Below, one piece after another: positions 10,303-20,774 of a stretch of DNA of 64,000 nucleotides (within the stretch, counting starts at the first letter, position 1; the number at the start of each line of letters is the position of its first letter). A program made the position numbers and the translations under genes. The stretch covers positions 160,001 to 224,000 of the forward strand of contig CAVYAN010000072.1 of NCBI GenBank assembly GCA_963766075.1, read 5' to 3'. The notes under the pieces are model-generated. The model was not told where the DNA came from, ran no database searches, and saw only the letters and a program-made list of their open reading frames with translations. This stretch comes from an uncultured cyanobacterium. GTDB lineage: Bacteria > Cyanobacteriota > Cyanobacteriia > Leptolyngbyales > Leptolyngbyaceae.

Positions 10303-11589
10303 GTGAGCACTTGGACAGCTCAAAGTCCCCGATACATTGATCACGCAGAGCAGAAGCTATACGACCATCTGCTCCAGCTTGTGCAGTCTGCTCCGCCCAG
10401 TCAACTGATTCGCTGCTTTCAGGCTCTATTTATTGATGGGGTGGGCTATCAAGACACCGAAATTATGGCGGCCTTGGATGCGATCGCCGCCACCAAAGCG
10501 GCTGATCAAGAGTTTCGCTTTGTGCTGAATCGTTGCTGCCATATTTTGATTAACCGTTGGCAGGCACGTCCGCAGTTGCAGCCCAGCATTCCTGAACTGG
10601 TGGCACTTTTCGAGTCCCCGCCCTCCAGACAGGCCATCACCTACAGTCGCTCCCGGGCGGTTCGCCGAATCCGAAGTTTGACCCAGGATTTTACCCGCAG
10701 TGAGCAATACCTGACCCTGCGCCGATTGTCCCAGGTCCTCGTCCCTGCCCCGGCGACGGCCATTCCTGACTCCACCGCGCTGGGCAACTTAATTCGACGG
10801 TATCCGTATTTGTACGAGCATTGCTTACTGGCGGAAGGCTGCACCCAAACCGAAACCGAGACTGTGCACCAATTACAGGAAAAAGCGCAGCGCCAGTACG
10901 AAGTGGATCTATCACACTATGTCACCTATCAAGTGCGGCGATCGCGATCCATCGTTCCAGGCACACCCCCAAGCAATCGCGTGATTGCCCCTGTGGCCAA
11001 TCCCACCTTGCTCACCGAAGATGACCTTTGCGTGGCCCTGAAACATTTTGTCGGCAGATCCCAGGGAAATTACAGCTATCGCGATTTAGCCCAGCGGTTT
11101 TTGCAGGGCAGTCGCACCCAGAAATACGGGTCCTTCAAGGATGATCTGTATCAGTATTTGACGGCATCCGTTGATGCGGGCTACGGCAAACGTCAGTTCA
11201 ACAATCAACTGCATACCCAACTGCGAAACCTGCTGCCCGACAGCCATCAGCAGCCGGTGAACGAGTTTTTGATGATTCGGACCTGTAGCCAACTGCTGAA
11301 TTTTTTGGTGGTCGAAAGTCCCAAAAAGCCAGAACACTTCCTGTTTGTCGATCTGATTTCTAATTTAGGGCCAGTTCTGACTACGGGACTGCTGCTCAAA
11401 CTGGTGCTGATTTGCCGCAAGATCAGACCCTATCTGGGCAAGCGATTTTCAATTTTGTTTAGCCACTACGAAACCTGCACACAGGAAACCGTGATGTGGT
11501 TGGTGTATGCGCTGGAAAACCTGAATATCGCCCTCAGCACGAATTTGAGCACGGGTGATATGTCGTTCATCAATCAATGGATGCCGTAA
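10303..11589 (+). CDS. Hypothetical protein (428 aa)
   Basis: Long ORF with GTG start and AGGAG upstream; no motif recognised. Confidence 0.8.
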   Translation: MSTWTAQSPRYIDHAEQKLYDHLLQLVQSAPPSQLIRCFQALFIDGVGYQDTEIMAALDAIAATKAADQEFRFVLNRCCHILINRWQARPQLQPSIPELVALFESPPSRQAITYSRSRAVRRIRSLTQDFTRSEQYLTLRRLSQVLVPAPATAIPDSTALGNLIRRYPYLYEHCLLAEGCTQTETETVHQLQEKAQRQYEVDLSHYVTYQVRRSRSIVPGTPPSNRVIAPVANPTLLTEDDLCVALKHFVGRSQGNYSYRDLAQRFLQGSRTQKYGSFKDDLYQYLTASVDAGYGKRQFNNQLHTQLRNLLPDSHQQPVNEFLMIRTCSQLLNFLVVESPKKPEHFLFVDLISNLGPVLTTGLLLKLVLICRKIRPYLGKRFSILFSHYETCTQETVMWLVYALENLNIALSTNLSTGDMSFINQWMP

Positions 11590-11705
11590 AGAATGCTCCG
11601 GAAAATCCTGGATAAAGAGCACCGCTCTCTTTACCGATTTTGTGCTAATTTAACTTTTGATATGTCTGCTGTATTCTTGTAATCTTTCAGGAGAGATTAA
11701 TCGGG

Positions 11706-11885
11706 ATGACCCAAGTAGTGCTCGGTGAAAACGAAGGGATCGATTCTGCCTTGCGCCGCTTTAAGCGCCAAGTATCCAAGGCGGGTATTTTGGCAGACTT
11801 AAGATCGCATCGCAATTTTGAAACGCCGATCGAAAAGCGCAAGCGCAAGGCGATCGCGGCGCGTCGGAAGCGGCGTTATAACTAA
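11706..11885 (+). CDS. rpsU: 30S ribosomal protein S21 (59 aa, below the ORF-track cut-off)
   Basis: Manual translation [59 protein letters not shown]. Confidence 0.95.
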   Translation: MTQVVLGENEGIDSALRRFKRQVSKAGILADLRSHRNFETPIEKRKRKAIAARRKRRYN

Positions 11886-12026
11886 AAATTTTCCAAGGAA
11901 AATCTGGTACAAACGCGATGGTGTCTAGCATCTTCGCGTTTTTTGATGCGTTTTTCGGGTCTTACGTTTTCGGGCCTTCCGTTTTTGGGCGTCGTGTTTC
12001 CTACCTGCCGCTGGGCGGCTAGCCCA

Positions 12027-12326
12027 CTACGGCATATGGAGCAAAAACTCCACGCGGGGCAGCAGGGGATCGTTGACCAAGCCAACGCCTGTGAACGCCC
12101 ACCGTTTGAGGAGGTTGCCAATCTGGCTACCCAGAATAGATTCAACGGAAAAGCGATCGGCGAGCTCGGCAGCGTGGGTATTCAGATAACTGAGGGCATC
12201 GAAGTGTTCGCGAAATAGCAGGACAAAACTCTCCTGTTCCACGCGATCGGGGTTTTGCCGAGGATGGGCAGCTAGGTAACTGCCATCGGCCTTAGAGCGC
12301 ACCAGATAATAGGTTTCTGAAAGCAT
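12027..12326 (-). CDS. Hypothetical protein (MLSETYYLVRS…)
   Basis: Part of ORF 12027..12413; internal ATG at 12326 avoids overlap with the upstream permease. Confidence 0.7.
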   Translation of the reverse strand: MLSETYYLVRSKADGSYLAAHPRQNPDRVEQESFVLLFREHFDALSYLNTHAAELADRFSVESILGSQIGNLLKRWAFTGVGLVNDPLLPRVEFLLHMP

Positions 12327-12405
12327 AATGGGAGCAAGCGTTGCTAAACGGGCGTGATGGAACAGGGCCTGATTTACCCCAAAACACCGAGGAACGCGGT
12401 TAATA

Positions 12406-13473
12406 TCAACCACCCGCTTGGATTACCCCTCGTCTCCCTAACTTGATTCGGGGATCAACAGCCTTCAGCAGCAAGTCTGCCAGCAGGTTGCCCGCAATCA
12501 GCATTACCGCTCCCATCATGAGGCTGGCCATCACTAGGTAGAGATCCTGTGCCAGCACCGCCTGCAAAATCAGCCGTCCTAAACCGGGCCAGTTAAAGAA
12601 AAACTCGGTGATGAAGGCTCCACTCAGCAAACTGGCAAATTCAAACCCGAGCAGCGTAATCAAGGGATTAATGGCGTTGCGGAGGGCATGGATATAGATG
12701 ACCTGGTTTTCGGGGAGACCCTTGGCACGGGCGGTTTGAATGTAATCCTGCCGTAGCACATCTAACAGTTCACCCCGGGTGATCCGTTGCAGTCCGGCAA
12801 AACTGGCCACACTCAGGGCCAAGGTGGGCAGAATCATGTGCCAGCCGATGTCGATCGCCTTGCCCAACGGCGTGAGGTCGGCATGATCAATGCTGGTCAT
12901 ATCCCCAACGGGAAAGAAGGGCGAGGTATTTTGAGCCAGGATCAGCAGCAGCAGCGCGGTGATAAAGCTGGGAATGCCCTGCCCAATATAGCTAATCACC
13001 CGAAGCAGGCGATCGCTCCATTGATTTTGATGCACCGCCCCAACGATCCCCATCGGAATCGCGATCGCCCAAGTCATCACCAAGGAGGACAGCGCCAGTA
13101 GCATGGTGGCGGGCACCCGCTCCCACAGCAGCGCCGACACCGATCGCTGATAGACAAAGCTGGTACCAAAATTTCCCTGGGTCAATATTTGACGTAACCA
13201 AAGGAAATATTGTTCAGTCCAGGATTTATCCAGGCCAAATTGGCGCTTGAGCTGGTCAAGCCGTTCGGGGGAAATCTTGGGATTTTCCTTGAGGGTGTCT
13301 AAATAGTCCCCCGGAGCCAACTGAATCACAATGAAACAAAGCGCTGACGTCAGCAGCAGGGTCAGCAGGGCTTGCAACACCCGTTTCACGACATAGCCAA
13401 AGGTATCGCTCCTTAACACCGCGATCAGATTCTCGAAACCCGTTTGAAGTTGACTCGGGGGGGAGGTCGTCAT
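12406..13473 (-). CDS. Oligopeptide/dipeptide ABC permease (OppB/DppB family)
   Basis: GLDK, GNFGTSF, DYIQTARAKGL EAA loop, HALRNA, E-FF-WPGLG. Confidence 0.92.
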   Translation of the reverse strand: MTTSPPSQLQTGFENLIAVLRSDTFGYVVKRVLQALLTLLLTSALCFIVIQLAPGDYLDTLKENPKISPERLDQLKRQFGLDKSWTEQYFLWLRQILTQGNFGTSFVYQRSVSALLWERVPATMLLALSSLVMTWAIAIPMGIVGAVHQNQWSDRLLRVISYIGQGIPSFITALLLLILAQNTSPFFPVGDMTSIDHADLTPLGKAIDIGWHMILPTLALSVASFAGLQRITRGELLDVLRQDYIQTARAKGLPENQVIYIHALRNAINPLITLLGFEFASLLSGAFITEFFFNWPGLGRLILQAVLAQDLYLVMASLMMGAVMLIAGNLLADLLLKAVDPRIKLGRRGVIQAGG

Positions 13474-13477
13474 AACT

Positions 13478-13993
13478 TTAGTACTGCACTAGGCTAATGA
13501 TAGGCACCTGGGGTAGTTTTGTCCGCCCGTTCAGATCTTTGAGTTCAATCACGAAGGCAAACCCGACCAGTTCGCAACAGGCTTGTTGAATCAGTTGCGC
13601 AGTGGCGGTGGCGGTGCCGCCCGTGGCGATTAAGTCATCCACAACCAAGACCTTGCTGCCAGAGGGGAGCAGGGCGTCTTGGTGGATTTCCAGGCAATCG
13701 GTGCCATATTCCAGATCATACTCAGCGGAAAAGACCTGGGCGGGCAGCTTGCCCGGTTTGCGGACTGGGACGAACCCAGTGCCCATTTTGTAGGCCAGAG
13801 GCGTGCCAAAGATGAAGCCTCGGGATTCCATGCCCACAATGTAGTCCACGGAGAGGTCGCTGCACTGATCGGCGATCGCATCAATGGTGTAGCGCAACCC
13901 TGCCGGATCGCGCAGCAGGGTTGTAATGTCTTTAAATAAGATCCCCGGTTTGGGAAAATCGGGAATTTCGCGAATAAGGGATTTTATATCCAT
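13478..13993 (-). CDS. apt: Adenine phosphoribosyltransferase
   Basis: [41 protein letters not shown] at 13993. Confidence 0.96.
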   Translation of the reverse strand: MDIKSLIREIPDFPKPGILFKDITTLLRDPAGLRYTIDAIADQCSDLSVDYIVGMESRGFIFGTPLAYKMGTGFVPVRKPGKLPAQVFSAEYDLEYGTDCLEIHQDALLPSGSKVLVVDDLIATGGTATATAQLIQQACCELVGFAFVIELKDLNGRTKLPQVPIISLVQY

Positions 13994-14414
13994 GAAGGTG
14001 ATGCCGTGAAGAACCGATAGGAAGGAAGGGAATATCGCGCGTTTTCGCCAGATTGAGTGCCCAAGATTGAGCGCCCACCGCAGCGAATCCTTTGAACAAG
14101 ATACCGCTTGCAGGGAATTTACATATAGATTTTTGATACCAATTTGCACTTGGCCCCCGATCTGGTTGGGTCGGGTTAGGGTCAGGTCGGTGAAACAGGT
14201 TGCCCCCTTAAGCAACGAGCGGCTTGGATGGCTACGGGCTGGGCAGGTCTGAAGGCTGGGCTAATCGGGCTGCCTGAATAAACTGGCTACCTAAATAAAC
14301 TGACTGCCTAAATAAACTTGATGCTTGGATAAACTCTTAGGCGTTTGGGTTATGGTCGGACGGGGCGATCGCCTAGAGTGTGGAAAATCGGGAACTAATC
14401 CAAAGTGATGAGGT

Positions 14415-14720
14415 GTGGGTGTGAAGTACTTTTTTCTATCAGAAGGATGGACAGTGGGCCGGGTGTGGGAACTGGGCGGCTTGTGGAATGAAATTGGCTG
14501 GCGGCGTAAACCCGAGATTCAGCGCTTGGATTTGGGCATTTGGGAGCAGGGTGAAAAGCTGTGGCTTTACTGCGTAGAGGATGCTGTATTGATGGTCGAA
14601 GTCCAGCCGGGAAAGACAGCTCAGGCTGCGACGAGCAGCATTGGGCAGGTGGTGTTGAAACGGTTGATGACCGCAGACCAAGCGATCGAACGGTTGTGTA
14701 GTGCCCAAATCACCTCCTAG
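14415..14720 (+). CDS. Hypothetical protein
   Basis: 101-aa ORF with GAGG upstream; no motif. Confidence 0.7.
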   Translation: MGVKYFFLSEGWTVGRVWELGGLWNEIGWRRKPEIQRLDLGIWEQGEKLWLYCVEDAVLMVEVQPGKTAQAATSSIGQVVLKRLMTADQAIERLCSAQITS

Positions 14721-14732
14721 CCCCCCGAGGGC

Positions 14733-15500
14733 TTATGGAGCAAGGCCAACAGCGGGACGGAGAACGAGGACTTGACCGCTATCGACTACCTGCGTAATCA
14801 AACCACGACGGGTCAAATCTTGGGCGAGGGCCGTGGCGGTGGCGGCATCGGCGGTATACATCCCTAAAAGATAGGGGTGTTGACTGTAGGACACCAAGGC
14901 GATCTCCCGTCCGACTAGGGCTTGGAGCTGTCGAGTTAAGTCCAGGGCAACCTCGGGGCGATCGCTAAAGTCCACCAGTACGGCATAGCCCGGACCCAAG
15001 GGCTGCGGCGCATAGGCAGTGGGCGCGGTCACGCTGGGCCGGGGGGCGATCGCCCGCGCCTGAGTCATCACGACCGACAACCCCGTCGCCGCAATGATCC
15101 GCTGTCCTAACGCCTGAGCGGCGGTCACACTGGGTAAGCCTTTCACTTGGATCACCCCCGTATTGGTCACGCCGCCTGTCGGGTCCAGGCTTTGGTAATT
15201 GCAGAGTTGACCGGGGGAGTCCGGGGGCAAAATCTGCCGGACCCGATTTGGGTCTTCGGGACTCTGACTAAGAATCAAGAGGGCGTATTCACCGGGTAGT
15301 GGCGCAACACAGGGGGCATAAAAGCTGGATGGAGCGGGTGAGTCCGGAATGGTGGGAGGCGGGGGCAGTTGCGCTAGGGTGGTCAGGGGAAATGCCAGAA
15401 TAGCCGCCGCAGACATGCCTCCCCAAAGTAGCCGAGGCCGGGGAGAATTTTGGATCTGGCGCGATCGCATACCGCCCACCATAGAATTCACTTCCACCAT
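14733..15500 (-). CDS. Hypothetical exported Pro-rich protein
   Basis: Hydrophobic signal-like segment then Pro-rich linker. Confidence 0.7.
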   Translation of the reverse strand: MVEVNSMVGGMRSRQIQNSPRPRLLWGGMSAAAILAFPLTTLAQLPPPPTIPDSPAPSSFYAPCVAPLPGEYALLILSQSPEDPNRVRQILPPDSPGQLCNYQSLDPTGGVTNTGVIQVKGLPSVTAAQALGQRIIAATGLSVVMTQARAIAPRPSVTAPTAYAPQPLGPGYAVLVDFSDRPEVALDLTRQLQALVGREIALVSYSQHPYLLGMYTADAATATALAQDLTRRGLITQVVDSGQVLVLRPAVGLAP

Positions 15501-15723
15501 AAAATAGATTGCCGGATCATCACGGTTAGGATCATCACTGTCAGTGCGTTAATGTAGCACCGATTGCCGGCAATGACTGAATTTTAGGAAGTGACTCATG
15601 CTGTCCTTTGCATGTTGTCCTCTGGATGAGGAGGCTCCTTTGGGCCGCCGTTAAGCAGAAAGCCGCTCCATGGGAAAGTGACCCGAGAGAAAGTGACCCG
15701 ATTGGGAGAGAAGGCGAACCGAT

Positions 15724-15883
15724 TAAGGCGATTTCTAAGAAATAATACTTCCGCTGGCTTCGACTACGCTCAGGCAGCGGAAGATCGCTCTCTTCTATTC
15801 CGCGCAGCCAGCAGAAGATCGCTCCCTTCGACCCCGCTCAGGGAGCGATCTCAGTGGTCGATTCTTTCATAGAACTCTCCTAG
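15724..15883. mobile_element. MITE/REP-like element (~160 bp), second full copy
   Basis: Left TAAGGCGATTTCTAAGAAA vs right TTTCATAGAACTCTCCTAG; internal GGCTTCGACTACGCTCAG and AGATCGCTCCC…GGGAGCGATCT. Confidence 0.6.
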
Positions 15884-16212
15884 GAAGCCGCTGTGGCCAG
15901 GGATGCCAAGGGCTGAGGAATGCTATCCGAAGGAGCAGAAAACTCGCCGGTAATCACAAACTCCAATCTTAGCTTCAGCCAAGTAATAAATTGGCGGTTC
16001 GTGGAAATAATAGCGCTGGCGGGCTGGGGGCATTTTGCCTTCATCGCTGCAAACTCTGGCGCATCCAAAAAAGCAGGCTGAGACACCAGCCAAAAATCGA
16101 TTTCCTTACCCTTATCGTGATAATCCCGGATCCGCTCGGTGAGAACTTCGTCGGTGGGCTCTTCCACGGTTAAGAATTGCGTGCTTGCCAAAACAAAATA
16201 ATAAGTCTGCAT
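15880..16212 (-). CDS. ycf54: Ycf54 / MgPME-cyclase accessory protein (DUF2488)
   Basis: YYFVLAS-FL-EEP-EVL-ER, DFWLV-QPAFL, FITWLKLRLE. Confidence 0.93.
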   Translation of the reverse strand: MQTYYFVLASTQFLTVEEPTDEVLTERIRDYHDKGKEIDFWLVSQPAFLDAPEFAAMKAKCPQPASAIISTNRQFITWLKLRLEFVITGEFSAPSDSIPQPLASLATAAS

Positions 16213-16426
16213 CGGTATAAGGGGTCGATTGGGTTATGTGCTGGTTTGCCGGCGCTGGTTCGCTAGTGCTAACTTGCTGGTGCGAATTGACCGATGTTGG
16301 CCGCGTTTTTCTGCGACGTGGTGCGCGCTGACCCAGCACCGTATAATTTATCATCAATCTACAGGTGCATAAACGATTGCATCACTGGCTCCACCGCCGC
16401 GTGGGTTACGCAGAAAGGGTTTTGGG

Positions 16427-17146
16427 CTAGATTCCTCGCATGGCCTGCTTCATCTCGCGGACAGCGCGTTCTAGGCCAACGAGGACGGCACGACTGATAA
16501 TGGTGTGCCCAATGTTGAGCTCTTCCATTCCGGGCAGGCAGGCTACGGGATAGACGTTCCAATAGGTGAGGCCATGGCCTGCATTCACGCGCAGGTTAGC
16601 CGCGATCGCCCGTTCACATCCTGCCCGCAGCACCTCCAACTCTTTCTGGCGCAGGGATTCGTCCTGGGCTTCGGCGTAGGTCCCTGTATGCAGTTCAATC
16701 AACTTTGCGCCAATCTGGGCAGAGGCGTCGATTTGGTGGGGAACAGCGTCAATAAACATGCTGACCGGGATATTGGCGTCTTGCAGAGTGGTCACAACTT
16801 GTTGCATGCGGGAAATCTGTCCTGCCACATCGAGTCCACCTTCAGTAGTGACTTCTTCGCGCTTTTCGGGAACCAAAGTCACGTAATCGGGCTGGATGTC
16901 GAGGGCGATCGCCACCATTTCATCCGTTGCGGCCATTTCCAAATTCAGCCGCGTCCGAACCGTCTGACGTAAGATTCGCACGTCGCGATCTTGAATATGC
17001 CGCCGATCTTCGCGCAGGTGCACGGTAATACCATCGGCCCCAGCCAGTTCCACCAGCACAGCAGCGGCAACTGGATCCGGCTCTACGGTACGGCGGGCTT
17101 GTCGAATCGTCGCAATATGATCAATATTTACACCCAGTGTTAGCAA
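16427..17146 (-). CDS. pdxJ: Pyridoxine 5'-phosphate synthase
   Basis: [41 protein letters not shown]. Confidence 0.97.
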   Translation of the reverse strand: MLTLGVNIDHIATIRQARRTVEPDPVAAAVLVELAGADGITVHLREDRRHIQDRDVRILRQTVRTRLNLEMAATDEMVAIALDIQPDYVTLVPEKREEVTTEGGLDVAGQISRMQQVVTTLQDANIPVSMFIDAVPHQIDASAQIGAKLIELHTGTYAEAQDESLRQKELEVLRAGCERAIAANLRVNAGHGLTYWNVYPVACLPGMEELNIGHTIISRAVLVGLERAVREMKQAMRGI

Positions 17147-17334
17147 ACTGCCGCGCTCCCGTTGTGTTCATCAGGTTATTTCCTTAGATCCTAACGGAAA
17201 GCCCTCCGGAATAGAGACGCGATCGCTCACGTCTTTCCGAAAGGCAAATCTTACTCTCTAGGAGACTGTTCTTCTGGGAGACTGTTCTGACGAGTACAGA
17301 TCTGACGAGCACAGAAATCTCTATGAAAAATTTA

Positions 17335-17423
17335 CTGCGGAAGATTGCTCCCTGAGCGGAGTCGTAGTTCGCTTCCCGCAGGGTAGGGAGCAATCTGCGG
17401 CGGGCTTCGGCTCTGCTCAGCCC
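17335..17423. repeat. Inverted copy of the internal part of the MITE/REP-like element
   Basis: Reverse complement reads gattgctccctaccctgcgggaagcgaactacgactccgctcagggagcaatct, nearly identical to 6501-6554. Confidence 0.75.
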
Positions 17424-17457
17424 GCGGGTCTACCTATTCAACGAGTACCGCTCTGAA

Positions 17458-18591
17458 CTATGGTTGCGATGAGCGCCGAAGCCGACGGGCCGCCCCCAGA
17501 CCAGCAGCCGTGACGGCGAGGCCCAGAATCGTGGAGGGTTCAGGGACAGCGGCAGCAGTAATGCCGACGGGGCGTACGAGGCGATTGTCCTCAAACAGTC
17601 TGCCCGTGAAGGTTTTAGCATCGCCCTGGGCTCCATTAAAGGCCAGCAGAGAGCCTACCAGGCTAGTACTGTTAAAGCCCACCGCATAAAGAACATCGGG
17701 CTGATCGCCCCCAAAGGTGAGACCTCCAATAAAATTGCTGCTAGGGATTGTCCCGGTATAGTTGGTAGAAATCGTATCGACCAAGCGGCCATCGGGAGCA
17801 TAGCGGCGGATGCCGCCCGCGAAGTCACTCACCAACAAATCGTTATTGGGGGCTAAGAGCAGGCCCAGCAGGCTAATAAATCCCGGATTTTCGGGCAAAA
17901 GCGCAGGCTGATCCACAAACACTTGGGGATCGATCGTCGATCGCTGCCCCGCAACTTGCTCAGGACTGTAACGCAAAACCTGACTGCTGAAATTAAAGGT
18001 CAGATTTCCGAGGGCATCATTGGCACTCCCCTCCGTCGTCACATAAAGGCTACCATCCGGACCAAACAGCAGACCATTCGGACCATTTAGGCCATTCAGG
18101 CTACCTAAGCCCGAATTATTATCCGACGCAAACACATCTAAAAACTGGCCCGTTTTGCCATCAAAGCGCAGAATTTGGTTGGAGCGAAAACTGCTGACAT
18201 AGAGATTACCATCGGGGCCGAAGGCATTGCCATAAGGGCGAACCAGACCATTGCCCGATGCAGCTACTCCTAAAAACTCGCCCGTCGGGCTAAACCGCAG
18301 CACCGCAGAGTCCTTGGGATAGCTACTATCGAATAAATTGAGGCCACTGTTGCCGCCGCTACTGACATAAAGATTACCGTCGGGACCGAAGGTGAGCGCG
18401 TCCGGCTCCCGCAGTCCTCCTAACCCTGGTGTTGTAAAGTTGCCTTGAAATGTGCCCGTAATTTCGTCGAATATCGTGATGCTATCGCTTCGCGTATTGC
18501 CGATGTACAGAACAGCGTCTGCCCGAGGGCTGGCAAACCCCAAGACCGTCAAAACACTGAAAGCACTGAACAACTGCCGAAAAACTTTCAT
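17458..18591 (-). CDS. PEP-CTERM sorting-domain protein with NHL/beta-propeller repeats
   Basis: Repeated FGPDG-LYV motifs; C-terminal VPEPST-TM-RRLRR; ATG at 18591 gives a signal peptide. Confidence 0.9.
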   Translation of the reverse strand: MKVFRQLFSAFSVLTVLGFASPRADAVLYIGNTRSDSITIFDEITGTFQGNFTTPGLGGLREPDALTFGPDGNLYVSSGGNSGLNLFDSSYPKDSAVLRFSPTGEFLGVAASGNGLVRPYGNAFGPDGNLYVSSFRSNQILRFDGKTGQFLDVFASDNNSGLGSLNGLNGPNGLLFGPDGSLYVTTEGSANDALGNLTFNFSSQVLRYSPEQVAGQRSTIDPQVFVDQPALLPENPGFISLLGLLLAPNNDLLVSDFAGGIRRYAPDGRLVDTISTNYTGTIPSSNFIGGLTFGGDQPDVLYAVGFNSTSLVGSLLAFNGAQGDAKTFTGRLFEDNRLVRPVGITAAAVPEPSTILGLAVTAAGLGAARRLRRSSQP

Positions 18592-18710
18592 GGGGGTAGA
18601 TCCGTAATGACACTTAAAACATCCTCTCGAAGAATTAGAGAATGTCAATGTATTTTTCATTACAAAACTTGACCCACTTCCGTAAATTTATGGTGAAGTT
18701 TTTCGGGGAG

Positions 18711-19424
18711 CTACTTGCGGGTTAGCGTCGTAAACGAGAGTTCAGGTTCTTCCAGCGCCAGGAAATCGATGTGCTTACCGATGGGGGCTTTAGAAGCGGT
18801 GAGGCGAGCCAGGATTTCGGGGTGCATGGCTTCTACGAACCTCTGCCGCTGACTGGTTAAGAAAATAAATTCAGTGCCGCCAATGCGGACCAAATCGCCA
18901 TCCTGTAACAAATGGCGATGCTTGATGCGTACCCAGTTTACATAGGAACCGTTCATACTGTTGAGATCAATTAGATAAAACCCCACTCCGGGAACATGCA
19001 GAATCACGGCATGGCGGCGAGACATTGACTTGTCGCGGATGGGCAAGGCCACTTCCCGATTACGGCCCAGCGTCCAGACCATCTGGGGCTGGATCACCAC
19101 CTGTGACTCACCCCCCAGTAAATTGGTGATGATGTAAACTTGGCCACCTTGGACAATCCCCTGGATATACTTCGGATGGGTTTGGCTGGCGGTGGCAGTC
19201 AGCATTCCTTCTGAGGAATCTGCCGGAGAGTCGATGTTTAAAGTGGGGGTTTTGAAGTGGATTGCATCATCAAACTCATCATCGATTTCTGGCAGGGCGG
19301 ATACAGAGCGGGAAATGGCATAGCCTGATGTATCCGCCCCCGATGGCGAGGGAGCGACATAATCCCTCATGGGTTCGTAGTCTTCTGTTGCTTCTACTGG
19401 GTTGAATTCTAGATTCATTCGCAC
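18711..19424 (-). CDS. FHA-domain protein
   Basis: LGR, SRRHA, DLNSMNGSYVN, L-DGD-V-IG. Confidence 0.9.
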   Translation of the reverse strand: MRMNLEFNPVEATEDYEPMRDYVAPSPSGADTSGYAISRSVSALPEIDDEFDDAIHFKTPTLNIDSPADSSEGMLTATASQTHPKYIQGIVQGGQVYIITNLLGGESQVVIQPQMVWTLGRNREVALPIRDKSMSRRHAVILHVPGVGFYLIDLNSMNGSYVNWVRIKHRHLLQDGDLVRIGGTEFIFLTSQRQRFVEAMHPEILARLTASKAPIGKHIDFLALEEPELSFTTLTRK

Positions 19425-19584
19425 CTTCCAGGGCTGTGTGCAATCGGTGAATTTGAAGTTTCCTATAGCTTAGAGTTCCCGGAAATGTCTAGGTGTCAAC
19501 GGATACTTTGACTAGTCTAGAAAAATTGAGTATGCAGTGCGGCAGGTCAGCTTAGCCCACTAAAAACGGACCAAAAAATGGACC

Positions 19585-19626
19585 AAAAAATCCCTTGGGA
19601 AGCTGCGATCGCAGCTTCCCAAGGGA
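19585..19626 (-). terminator. Probable intrinsic terminator of rfbF; perfect 36-bp palindrome centred on HIP1
   Basis: TCCCTTGGGAAGCTGCGATCGCAGCTTCCCAAGGGA (19591-19626) followed by T6 on the minus strand. Confidence 0.75.
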
Positions 19627-19691
19627 ACAGGCCGTTGAATAGGCCAAGTTAATGCGCCAAGTTAATGGGCTAAACAGTGGACGCCCAGGGA

Positions 19692-20513
19692 CTACAGCAA
19701 TTCGCTGGCCTGTGAACTATTCCACACCTGCCAGACAGCTTTGCCGTCCTCACAGAGGGTGTTTAAATATTCCAGTTCCCGATAGGTATCCATGCACTGC
19801 CAAAAGCCATTGTGCCGGTAAACTCCGAGTTCTCCTAGGGCCGCCAAGGTCTTTAAGGGGGCCGCTTCAAAGGTGGTCTCGTCCCCTTCAATCAGGTCTA
19901 GCACTTTGCGGTGCAGGACAAAATAGCCCCCGTTGATCCAACCTTCACTGGTTTGGGGCTTTTCCTGAAAAGCACTGACAAAGGAATCTTCGATGACCAG
20001 TTCGCCAAATCGCGAGGGCGGGCGCACGGCGGTGATGGTGGCCAGTTTGCCATGGCTGCGATGAAAATCTACCACCGCCTCAATGTTGACGTTGCACACG
20101 CCATCGCCGTAGGTGGCCAGAAAAATATCGGAATCCATTTGCCGCAGGTAAGGAGCCATGCGCTTCAACCGTCCGCCGGTCATGGTTTCGGCTCCGGTAT
20201 CAATCAACCACAATTTCCAATCGGATTCATCATGCCCACACCCTAGTTTTTTGACGGCTTTATTGCCGAGATCCAACAGCACATCGTTGTGATTCCAGTC
20301 GTAGTTAAAAAAGTATTCCCGCACCATTTCGCCCTTGTAGCCCAGGCATAGCATGAAGTCTTTAAAGCCGTAGTGGGAGTAGGTTTTCATGATGTGCCAG
20401 ATGATGGGGCGATCGCCCACGGTAATCATCGGCTTGGGCCGGAACTCCGTTTCTTCACGCAGACGGGTACCCTTGCCCCCACACAAAATCACCACTGGAA
20501 TGGACTGAGTCAT
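19692..20513 (-). CDS. rfbF: Glucose-1-phosphate cytidylyltransferase
   Basis: LCGGKGTRLREET-RPKPM, DTG-TMTGGRLKR, TYGDG, GFWQCMDT. Confidence 0.93.
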   Translation of the reverse strand: MTQSIPVVILCGGKGTRLREETEFRPKPMITVGDRPIIWHIMKTYSHYGFKDFMLCLGYKGEMVREYFFNYDWNHNDVLLDLGNKAVKKLGCGHDESDWKLWLIDTGAETMTGGRLKRMAPYLRQMDSDIFLATYGDGVCNVNIEAVVDFHRSHGKLATITAVRPPSRFGELVIEDSFVSAFQEKPQTSEGWINGGYFVLHRKVLDLIEGDETTFEAAPLKTLAALGELGVYRHNGFWQCMDTYRELEYLNTLCEDGKAVWQVWNSSQASELL

Positions 20514-20774
20514 AGGTTTACTTCCCTTAATATGTTCAAAAAGACCCGTGTTTTCAAACTCGCTTTCAAAAAAGTCTTGCCTCGCAAGACCTCAGTAAAA
20601 GCCTTGATAAAATTTGGTGCGGCTTACCCGAGGGCAAACGACGAGCAGGCCCACGAGCAAACTGTTGATCTTGGCCCTCAGTTTGAATTCCAGGCTAGGA
20701 AAATTCGCGGGGCCGCGATCGCACCAATCACACTTAAACGACTTTCAGGAAAACTTAGAAGGTTTAATCAATTC

